A DNA stretch of 64,000 bases, taken from NCBI GenBank assembly GCA_964016885.1, contig OZ024743.1, positions 211,916,001 through 211,980,000 of the forward strand, in the 5' to 3' direction. This document shows positions 53,101 to 64,000 of this stretch, piece after piece. The notes beneath the pieces were generated by a model that had not been told where the DNA came from, ran no database searches, and was given only the letters and a program-made list of their open reading frames with translations. How positions within the stretch are numbered: the first letter of the stretch is position 1; every line of letters begins with the position of its first letter. A program made the position numbers and the translations under genes. The DNA comes from Eledone cirrhosa. Lineage: Eukaryota.

Positions 53101-56100
53101 TTCTTGAAGATCACACCACACACAGCCAATGAGTGTCTGCACATGTACCAGTAATTAGAGATCGATCCGACCACGGGCGGCCGGCCCACGATCGAGAAAA
53201 TGGTAACTCCGCCGGCAAATCGTCATTTTTGTGATCCGTTTTCTTCGAAGCACACCATTCGCCGCCGGACTTCAGCTGCCTCATTTAGCATGGGCAGTTT
53301 TTTTTGAAAATCACACCACACACAACCAATGTGTGTCTGCACATGTACCAGTAATTACAGATCGATCCCACCACGGGCGGCCGGCCCACAATCGAAAAGG
53401 TTACTCCGCCTGCAAATCGTCATTTTCGGATTCGTTTTCTTCGAAGCACACCATTCGCCGGCGGACTTCAGCTGCCTCATTTAGCATGAGCAGTTTTTCT
53501 TGAAGATCACACCACACACAGCCAATGAGTGTCTGCACATGTAGCAGTAATTACAGATCGATCCGACCACGGATGGCCGGCCCGCGATTGAAAAGGTAAC
53601 TCCGCCGGCAAATCGTCATTTTTGGATTCGTTTTCTTCGAAGCACACCATTCGCCGGCGGACTTTGTTGACGTTTAACACGGTTTGGTTCCACAGCCACA
53701 GCTATTGATTTTAAGGAGATATCTTGCTGAAATTCACGCCACACATAGCCAATGAGTGTCTGCACATGTACCAGTAATTACAGATCGATCCGACCACGGG
53801 CGGCCGGCCCGCGATTGAAAAGGTAACTCCGCCGGCAAATCGTCATTTTTGTGATTCGTTTTCTTCGAAGCACACCATTCGCCGCCGGACTTCAGCTGCC
53901 TCATTTAGCATGGGCAGTTTTTTTTGAAAATCACACCACACACAACCAATGTGTGTCTGCACATGTACCAGTAATTACAGATCGATCCCACCACGAGTTC
54001 AATGTAAACTAACTTACGCTCAACGACTTTGTTGACGTTTAACACGGTTTGGTTCCACAGCCACAACTATTGATTTTAAGGAGATATCTTGCTGAAATTC
54101 ACGCCACACATAGCCAATGAGTGTCTGCACATGTACCAGTAATTACAGATGGATCCCACCACGGGCGGCCGGCCCACAATCGAAAAGGTTACTCCGCCTG
54201 CAAATCGTCATTTTCGGATTCGTTTTCTTCGAAGCACACCATTCGCCGGCGGACTTCAGCTGCCTCATTTAGCATGAGCAGTTTTTCTTGAAGATCACAC
54301 CTCACACAGGCAATGAGTGTCTGCACATGTACCAGTAATTAGAGATCGATCCGACCACGGGCGGCCGGCCCACGATCGAGAAAAAGGTAACTCCGCCGGC
54401 AAATCGTCATTTTTGTGATCCGTTTTCTTCGAAGCACACCATTCGCCGCCGGACTTCAGCTGCCTCATTTAGCATGGGCAGTTTTTTTGAAAATCACACC
54501 ACACACAACCAATGTGTGTCTGCACATGTACCAGTAATTACAGATCGATCCCACCACGGGCGGCCGGCCCACAATCGAAAAGGTTACTCCGCCTGCAAAT
54601 CGTCATTTTCGGATTCGTTTTCTTCGAAGCACACCATTCGCCGGCGGACTTCAGCTGCCTCATTTAGCATGAGCAGTTTTTCTTGAAGATCATACCACAC
54701 ACAGCCAATGAGTGTCTGCACATGTACCAGTAATTACAGATGGATCCCACCACGGGCGGCCGGCCCACAATCGAAAAGGTTACTCCGCCTGCAAATCGTC
54801 ATTTTCGGATTCGTTTTCTTCGAAGCACACCATTCGCCGGCGGACTTCAGCTGCCTCATTTAACATGGGCAGTTTTTCTTGAAGATCACACCACACACAG
54901 CCAATGAGTGTCTGCACATGTACCAGTAACTACAGATGGATCCCACCACGGGCGGCCGGCCCACAATCGAAAAGGTTACTTCGCCTGCAAATCGTCATTT
55001 TCGGATTCGTTTTCTTCGAAGCACACCATTCGCCGGCGGACTTCAGCTGCCTCATTTAGCATGGGCAGTTTTTCTTGAAGATCACACCACACACAGCCAA
55101 TGAGTGTCTGCACATGTACCAGTAATTAGAGATCGATCCGACCACGGGCGGCCGGCCCACGATCGAGAAAATGGTAACTCCGCCGGCAAATCGTCATTTT
55201 TGTGATCCGTTTTCTTCGAAGCACACCATTCGCCGCCGGACTTCAGCTGCCTCATTTAGCATGGGCAGTTTTTTTTGAAAATCACACCACACACAACCAA
55301 TGTGTGTCTGCACATGTACCAGTAATTACAGATCGATCCCACCACGGGCGGCCGGCCCACAATCGAAAAGGTTACTCCGCCTGCAAATCGTCATTTTCGG
55401 ATTCGTTTTCTTCGAAGCACACCATTCGCCGGCGGACTTCAGCTGCCTCATTTAGCATGAGCAGTTTTTCTTGAAGATCACACCACACACAGCCAATGAG
55501 TCTCTGCAAATGTACCAGTAATTACAGATGGATCCCACCACGGGCGGCCGGCCCACAATCGAAAAGGTTACTCCGCCTGCAAATCGTCATTTTCGGATTC
55601 GTTTTCTTCGAAGCACACCATTCGCCGGCGGACTTGAGCTGCCTCATTTAGCATGGGCAGTTTTTCTTGAAGATCACACCACACACACCCAATGAGTGTC
55701 TGCACATGTACCAGTAATTAGAGATCGATCCGACCATGGGCGGCCGGCCCACGATCGAGAAAAAGGTAACTCCGCCGGCAAATCGCCATTTTTGTGATCC
55801 GTTTTCTTCGAAGCACACCATTCGCCGCCGGACTTCAGCTGCCTCATTTAGCATGGGCAGTTTTTTTTGAAAATCACACCACACACAACCAATGTGTGTC
55901 TGCACATGTACCAGTAATTACAGATCGATCCGACCACGGGCGGCCGGCCCGCGATTGAAAAGGTAACTCCGCCGGCAAATCGTCATTTTTGTGATTCGTT
56001 TTCTTCGAAGCACACCATTCGCCGCCGGACTTCAGCTGCCTCATTTAGCATGGGCAGTTTTTTTTGAAAATCACACCACACACAACCAATGTGTGTCTGC

Positions 56101-58436
56101 ACATGTACCAGTAATTACAGATCGATCCCACCACGAGTTCAATGTAAACTAACTTACGCTCAACGACTTTGTTGACGTTTAACACGGTTTGGTTCCACAG
56201 CCACAACTATTGATTTTACGGAGATATCTTGCTGAAATTCACGCCACACATAGCCAATGAGTGTCTGCACATGTACCAGTAATTACAGATCGATCCGACC
56301 ACGGACGGCCGGCCCGCGATTGAAAAGGTAACTCCGCCGGCAAATCGTCATTTTTGGATTCGTTTTCTTCGAAGCACACCATTCGCCGGCGGACTTTGTT
56401 GACGTTTAACACGGTTTGGTTCCACAGCCACAACTATTGATTTTAAGGAGATATCTTGCTGAAATTCACGCCACACATAGCCAATGAGTGTCTGCACATG
56501 TACCAGTAATTACAGATGGATCCCACCACGGGCGGCCGGCCCACAATCGAAACGGTTACTCCGCCTGCAAATCGTCATTTTCGGATTCGTTTTCTTCGAA
56601 GCACACCATTTGCCGGCGGACTTCAGCTGCCTCATTTAGCATGAGCAGTTTTTCTTGAAGATCACACCACACACAGCCAATGAGTGTCTGCACATGTACC
56701 AGTAATTACAGATGGATCCCACCACGGGCGGCCGGCCCACAATCGAAAAGGTTACTCCGCCTGCAAATCGTCATTTTCGGATTCGTTTTCTTCGAAGCAC
56801 ACCATTCGCCGGCGGACTTCAGCTGCCTCATTTAGCATGGGCAGTTTTTCTTGAAGATCACACCACACACACCCAATGAGTGTCTGCACATGTACCAGTA
56901 ATTAGAGATCGATCCGACCACGGGCGGCCGGCCCACGATCGAGAGAAAGGTAACTCCGCCGGCAAATCGTCATTTTTGTGATCCGTTTTCTTCGAAGCAC
57001 ACCATTCGCCGCCGGACTTCAGCTGCCTCATTTAGCATGGGCAGTTTTTTTTGAAAATCACACCACACACAACCAATGTGTGTCTGCACATGTACCAGTA
57101 ATTACAGATCGATCCGACCACGGGCGGCCGGCCCGCGATTGAAAAGGTAACTCCGCCGGCAAATCGTCATTTTTGTGATTCGTTTTCTTCGAAGCACACC
57201 ATTCGCCGCCGGACTTCAGCTGCCTCATTTAGCATGGGCAGTTTTTTTTGAAAATCACACCACACACAACCAATGTGTGTCTGCACATGTACCAGTAATT
57301 ACAGATCGATCCCACCACGAGTTCAATGTAAACTAACTTACGCTCAACGACTTTGTTGACGTTTAACACGGTTTGGTTCCACAGCCACAACTATTGATTT
57401 TAAGGAGATATCTTGCTGAAATTCACGCCACACATAGCCAATGAGTGTCTGCACATGTACCAGTAATTACAGATGGATCCCACCACGGGCGGCCGGCCCA
57501 CAATCGAAAAGGTTACTCCGCCTGCAAATCGTCATTTTCGGATTCGTTTTCTTCGAAGCACACCATTCGCCGGCGGACTTCAGCTGCCTCATTTAGCATG
57601 AGCAGTTTTTCTTGAAGATCACACCACACACAGCCAATGAGTGTCTGCACATGTACCAGTAATTACAGATGGATCCCACCACGGGCGGCCGGCCCACAAT
57701 CGAAAAGGTTACTCCGCCTGCAAATCGTCATTTTCGGATTCGTTTTCTTCGAAGCACACCATTCGCCGGCGGACTTCAGCTGCCTCATTTAGCATGGGCA
57801 GTTTTTCTTGAAGATCACACCACACACAGCCAATGAGTGTCTGCACATGTACCAGTAATTAGAGATCGATCCGACCACGGGCGGCCGGCCCACGATCGAG
57901 AAAAAGGTAACTCCGCCGGCAAATCGTCATTTTTGTGATCCGTTTTCTTCGAAGCACACCATTCGCCGCCGGACTTCAGCTGCCTCATTTAGCATGGGCA
58001 GTTTTTTTTTGAAAATCACACCACACACAACCAATGTGTGTCTGCACATGTACCAGTAATTACAGATCGATCCGACCACGGGCGGCCGGCCCGCGATTGA
58101 AAAGGTAACTCCGCCGGCAAATCGTCATTTTTGTGATTCGTTTTCTTCGAAGCACACCATTCGCCGCCGGACTTCAGCTGCCTCATTTAGCATGGGCAGT
58201 TTTTTTTGAAAATCACACCACACACAACCAATGTGTGTCTGCACATGTACCAGTAATTACAGATCGATCCCACCACGAGTTCAATGTAAACTAACTTACG
58301 CTCAACGACTTTGTTGACGTTTAACACGGTTTGGTTCCACAGCCACAACTATTGATTTTAAGGAGATATCTTGCTGAAATTCACGCCACACATAGCCAAT
58401 GAGTGTCTGCACATGTACCAGTAATTACAGATCGAT
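47105..58436 (+). repeat. ~4.7-kb block duplicated at offset 6645/6646 (about 47105-51790 and 53751-58436)
   Basis: Monomer order is the same. ORF offsets are 48557/55202, 49003/55648 and 49594/56239. The private variant GAGAGAAAGG occurs at ~50296 and ~56941. Confidence 0.87.
50277..52190 (+). repeat. 957-bp higher-order repeat (B-C-D-A-A) x2
   Basis: D starts at 50674 and 51631 (offset 957 = 200+197+168+196+196). Confidence 0.88.
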
Positions 58437-60247
58437 CCGACCACGGACGGCCGGCCCGCGATTGAAAAGGTAACTCCGCCGGCAAATTGTCATTTTTGGA
58501 TTCGTTTTCTTCGAAGCACACCATTCGCCGGCGTACTTTGTTGACGTTTAACACGGTTTGGTTCCACAGCCACAACTATTGATTTTAAGGAGATATCTTG
58601 CTGAAATTCACGCCACACATAGCCAATGAGTGTCTGCACATGTACCAGTAATTACAGATGGATCCCACCACGGGCGGCCGGCCCACAATCGAAAAGGTTA
58701 CTCCGCCTGCAAATCGTCATTTTCGGATTCGTTTTCTTCGAAGCACACCATTCGCCGGCGGACTTCAGCTGCCTCATTTAGCATGAGCAGTTTTTCTTGA
58801 AGATCACACCACACACAGCCAATGAGTGTCTGCACATGTACCAGTAATTACAGATGGATCCCACCACGGGCGGCCGGCCCACAATCGAAAAGGTTACTCC
58901 GCCTGCAAATCGTCATTTTCGGATTCGTTTTCTTCGAAGCACACCATTCGCCGGCGGACTTCAGCTGCCTCATTTAGCATGGGCAGTTTTTCTTGAAGAT
59001 CACACCACACACAGCCAATGAGTGTCTGCACATGTACCAGTAATTAGAGATCGATCCGACCACGGGCGGCCGGCCCACGATCGAGAAAAAGGTAACTCCG
59101 CCGGCAAATCGTCATTTTTGTGATCCGTTTTCTTCGAAGCACACCATTCGCCGCCGGACTTCAGCTGCCTCATTTAGCATGGGCAGTTTTTTTTGAAAAT
59201 CACACCACACACAACCAATGTGTGTCTGCACATGTACCAGTAATTACAGATCGATCCGACCACGGGCGGCCGGCCCGCGATTGAAAAGGTAACTCCGCCG
59301 GCAAATCGTCATTTTTGTGATTCGTTTTCTTCGAAGCACACCATTCGCCGCCGGACTTCAGCTGCCTCATTTAGCATGGGCAGTTTTTTTTGAAAATCAC
59401 ACCACACACAACCAATGTGTGTCTGCACATGTACCAGTAATTACAGATCGATCCCACCACGAGTTCAATGTAAACTAACTTACGCTCAACGACTTTGTTG
59501 ACGTTTAACACGGTTTGGTTCCACAGCCACAACTATTGATTTTAAGGAGATATCTTGCTGAAATTCACGCCACACATAGCCAATGAGTGTCTGCACATGT
59601 ACCAGTAATTACAGATCGATCCGACCACGGACGGCCGGCCCGCGTTTGAAAAGGTAACTCCGCCGGCAAATCGTCATTTTTGGATTCGTTTTCTTCGAAG
59701 CACACCATTCGCCGGCGTACTTTGTTGACGTTTAACACGGTTTGGTTCCACAGCCACAACTATTGATTTTAAGGAGATATCTTGCTGAAATTCACGCCAC
59801 ACATAGCCAATGAGTGTCTGCACATGTACCAGTAATTACAGATGGATCCCACCACGGGCGGCCGGCCCACAATCGAAAAGGTTACTCCGCCTGCAAATCG
59901 TCATTTTCGGATTCGTTTTCTTCGAAGCACACCATTCGCCGGCGGACTTCAGCTGCCTCATTTAGCATGAGCAGTTTTTCTTGAAGATCACACCACACAC
60001 AGCCAATGAGTGTCTGCACATGTACCAGTAATTACAGATGGATCCCACCACGGGCGGCCGGCCCACAATCGAAAAGGTTACTCCGCCTGCAAATCGTCAT
60101 TTTCGGATTCGTTTTCTTCGAAGCACACCATTCGCCGGCGGACTTCAGCTGCCTCATTTATCATGGGCAGTTTTTCTTGAAGATCACACCACACACACCC
60201 AATGAGTGTCTGCACATGTACCAGTAATTAGAGATCGATCCGACCAC
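57879..60247 (+). repeat. 1184-bp higher-order repeat (B-C-D-E-A-A) x2
   Basis: D starts at 58277, 59461 and 60645 (offset 1184). The private variant GGCGTACTTT is in both E copies (~58534, ~59718). The same 1184 spacing is seen at 26192/27376 and 38611/39795. Confidence 0.9.
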
Positions 60248-63200
60248 GGGCGGCCGGCCCACGATCGAGAAAAAGGTAACTCCGCCGGCAAATCGTCATT
60301 TTTGTGATCCGTTTTCTTCGAAGCACACCATTCGCCGCCGGACTTCAGCTGCCTCATTTAGCATGTTCAGTTTTTTTTGAAAATCACACCACACACAACC
60401 AATGTGTGTCTGCACATGTACCAGTAATTACAGATCGATCCGACCACGGGCGGCCGGCCCGCGATTGAAAAGGTAACTCCGCCGGCAAATCGTCATTTTT
60501 GTGATTCGTTTTCTTCGAAGCACACCATTCGCCGCCGGACTTCAGCTGCCTCATTTAGCATGGGCAGTTTTTTTTGAAAATCACACCACACACAACCAAT
60601 GTGTGTCTGCACATGTACCAGTAATTACAGATCGATCCCACCACGAGTTCAATGTAAACTAACTTACGCTCAACGACTTTGTTGACGTTTAACACGGTTT
60701 GGTTCCACAGCCACAACTATTGATTTTAAGGAGATATCTTGCTGAAATTCACGCCACACATAGCCAATGAGTGTCTGCACATGTACCAGTAATTACAGAT
60801 GGATCCCACCACGGGCGGCCGGCCCACAATCGAAAAGGTTACTCCGCCTGCAAATCGTCATTTTCGGATTCGTTTTCTTCGAAGCACACCATTCGCCGGC
60901 GGACTTCAGCTGCCTCATTTAGCATGAGCAGTTTTTCTTGAAGATCACACCACACACAGCCAATGAGTGTCTGCACATGTACCAGTAATTACAGATGGAT
61001 CCCACCATGGGCGGCCGGCCCACAATCGAAAAGGTTACTCCGCCTGCAAATCGTCATTTTCGGATTCGTTTTCTTCGAAGCACACCATTCGCCGGCGGAC
61101 TTCAGCTGCCTCATTTAGCATGGGCAGTTTTTCTTGAAGATCACACCACACACAGCCAATGAGTGTCTGCACATGTACCAGTAACTACAGATGGATCCCA
61201 CCACGGGCGGCCGGCCCACAATCGAAAAGGTTACTCCGCCTGCAAATCGTCATTTTCGGATTCGTTTTCTTCGAAGCACACCATTCGCCGGCGGACTTCA
61301 GCTGCCTCATTTAGCATGGGCAGTTTTTCTTGAAGATCACACCACACACAGCCAATGAGTGTCTGCACATGTACCAGTAATTAGAGATCGATCCGACCAC
61401 GGGCGGCCGGCCCACGATCGAGAAAAAGGTAACTCCGCCGGCAAATCGTCATTTTTGTGATCCGTTTTCTTCGAAGCACACCATTCGCCGCCGGACTTCA
61501 GCTGCCTCATTTAGCATGGGCAGTCTTTTTTGAAAATCACACCACACACAACCAATGTGTGTCTGCACATGTACCAGTAATTACAGATCGATCCCACCAC
61601 GGGCGGCCGGCCCACAATCGAAAAGGTTACTCCGCCTGCAAATCGTCATTTTCGGATTCGTTTTCTTCGAAGCACACCATTCGCCGGCGGACTTCAGCTG
61701 CCTCATTTAGCATGAGCAGTTTTTCTTGAAGATCACACCACACACAGCCAATGAGTCTCTGCAAATGTACCAGTAATTACAGATGGATCCCACCACGGGC
61801 GGCCGGCCCACAATCGAAAAGGTTACTCCGCCTGCAAATCGTCATTTTCGGATTCGTTTTCTTCGAAGCACACCATTCGCCGGCGGACTTCAGCTGCCTC
61901 ATTTAGCATGAGCAGTTTTTCTTGAAGATCACAGCACACACAGCCAATGAGTGTCTGCACATGTACCAGTAATTACAGATGGATCCCACCACGGGCGGCC
62001 GGCCCACAATCGAAAAGGTTACTCCGCCTGCAAATCGTCATTTTCGGATTCGTTTTCTTCGAAGCACACCATTCGCCGGCGGACTTGAGCTGCCTCATTT
62101 AGCATGGGCAGTTTTTCTTGAAGATCACACCACACACACCCAATGAGTGTCTGCACATGTACCAGTAATTAGAGATCGATCCGACCATGGGCGGCCGGCC
62201 CACGATCGAGAAAAAGGTAACTCCGCCGGCAAATCGTCATTTTTGTGATCCGTTTTCTTCGAAGCACACCATTCGCCGCCGGACTTCAGCTGCCTCATTT
62301 AGCATGGGCAGTTTTTTTTGAAAATCACACCACACACAACCAATGTGTGTCTGCACATGTACCAGTAATTACAGATCGATCCGACCACGGGCGGCCGGCC
62401 CGCGATTGAAAAGGTAACTCCGCCGGCAAATCGTCATTTTTGTGATTCGTTTTCTTCGAAGCACACCATTCGCCGCCGGACTTCAGCTGCCTCATTTAGC
62501 ATGGGCAGTTTTTTTTGAAAATCACACCACACACAACCAATGTGTGTCTGCACATGTACCAGTAATTACAGATCGATCCCACCACGAGTTCAATGTAAAC
62601 AAACTTACGCTCAACGACTTTGTTGACGTTTAACACGGTTTGGTTCCACAGCCACAACTATTGATTTTACGGAGATATCTTGCTGAAATTCACGCCACAC
62701 ATAGCCAATGAGTGTCTGCACATGTAGCAGTAATTACAGATCGATCCGACCACGGATGGCCGGCCCGCGATTGAAAAGGTAACTCCGCCGGCAAATCGTC
62801 ATTTTTGGATTCGTTTTCTTCGAAGCACACCATTCGCCGGCGGACTTCAGCTGCCTCATTTAGCATGAGCAGTTTTTCTTGAAGATCACAGCACACACAG
62901 CCAATGAGTGTCTGCACATGTACCAGTAATTACAGATGGATCCCACCACGGGCGGCCGGCCCACAATCGAAAAGGTTACTCCGCCTGCAAATCGTCATTT
63001 TCGGATTCGTTTTCTTCGAAGCACACCATTCGCCGGCGGACTTGAGCTGCCTCATTTAGCATGGGCAGTTTTTCTTGAAGATCACACCACACACACCCAA
63101 TGAGTGTCTGCACATGTACCAGTAATTAGAGATCGATCCGACCACGGGCGGCCGGCCCACGATCGAGAAAATGGTAACTCCGCCGGCAAATCGTCATTTT

Positions 63201-64000
63201 TGTGATCCGTTTTCTTCGAAGCACACCATTCGACGCCGGACTTCAGCTGCCTCATTTAGCATGGGCAGTTTTTTTTGAAAATCACACCACACACAACCAA
63301 TGTGTGTCTGCACATGTACCAGTAATTACAGATCGATCCGACCACGGGCGGCCGGCCCGCGATTGAAAAGGTAACTCCGCCGGCAAATCGTCATTTTTGT
63401 GATTCGTTTTCTTCGAAGCACACCATTCGCCGCCGGACTTCAGCTGCCTCATTTAGCATGGGCAGTTTTTTTTGAAAATCACACCACACACAACCAATGT
63501 GTGTCTGCACATGTACCAGTAATTACAGATCGATCCCACCACGAGTTCAATGTAAACAAACTTACGCTCAACGACTTTGTTGACGTTTAACACGGTTTGG
63601 TTCCACAGCCACAACTATTGATTTTACGGAGATATCTTGCTGAAATTCACGCCACACATAGCCAATGAGTGTCTGCACATGTAGCAGTAATTACAGATCG
63701 ATCCGACCACGGATGGCCGGCCCGCGATTGAAAAGGTAACTCCGCCGGCAAATCGTCATTTTTGGATTCGTTTTCTTCGAAGCACACCATTCGCCGGCGG
63801 ACTTTGTTGACGTTTAACACGGTTTGGTTCCACAGCCACAGCTATTGATTTTAAGGAGATATCTTGCTGAAATTCACGCCACACATAGCCAATGAGTGTC
63901 TGCACATGTACTAGTAATTACAGATGGATCCCACCACGGGCGGCCGGCCCACAATCGAAAAGGTTACTCCGCCTGCAAATCGTCATTTTCGGATTCGTTT

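Larger units (their letters stand above)
1..64000 (+). repeat. Tandem satellite DNA array, ~196-bp monomer, ~325 copies, single orientation, running off both window ends
   Basis: GGGCGGCCGGCCCACAATCG at 1 recurs at 197. The motif CCAATG[A/T]GTGTCTGCACATGTACCAGTAATTA recurs, with occasional single-base variants, every 168-228 bp through the window. No unique sequence was seen. Confidence 0.99.

Noticed and set aside
54482-58010. T7 (~54482) and T9 (~58002) variants of the T8 tract in B
   Set aside because: These are singleton homopolymer length changes, likely slippage or sequencing error. They only explain the 6645 versus 6646 offset.
449-63590. Repeated 60-90 aa ORFs (MIRFLRSTPF..., MWLWNQTV..., MQTLIG...)
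   Set aside because: They are by-products of the tandem repeat. Many start at GTG, they overlap each other in shifted frames, the 196-bp monomer is not a multiple of 3, and single variants create or destroy them. No recognisable domain.
1-64000. CRISPR array or repeat-spacer system
   Set aside because: There are no unique spacers; the variable segments are themselves repeated dozens of times. Unit length is far above CRISPR size and no cas genes are present.
1-64000. Transposon insertion, inversion or telomeric repeats within the array
   Set aside because: No strand switch, terminal inverted repeats with target-site duplication, or telomere-type short repeats were seen.

Overview
The whole 64 kb window is one uninterrupted, head-to-tail array of a ~196-bp satellite DNA, about 325 monomers, all in one orientation. 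It looks like eukaryotic centromeric or pericentromeric heterochromatin, but I could not identify the family or organism. I find no credible genes, RNA genes, CRISPR arrays or transposon insertions; the ORF track only reflects the repeats. I define each monomer as starting at GGGCGGCCGG, or at the equivalent position after ...CCACCAC. Five main types occur: A (196 bp, the majority), B (200 bp), C (197 bp), D (168 bp, about 31 copies) and E (227 bp, about 26 copies). They are built from exchangeable left and right modules joined at GACTT and follow a strong order (B-C-D-[E]-A..A). They form several higher-order repeats (984, 957, 1184 and 592 bp) and recent multi-kb duplications (offsets 3943, 6645/6646, 7042 and 7460 bp). 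The most notable points are a CENP-B-box-like 17-mer that is best in B monomers, a ~100-bp AT-richer segment confined to D/E, dyad symmetries with an apparent compensatory change, a CpG-rich versus CpG-free bipartite monomer, and spatial domains of variant alleles. All counts and breakpoints were made by eye and should be verified computationally.
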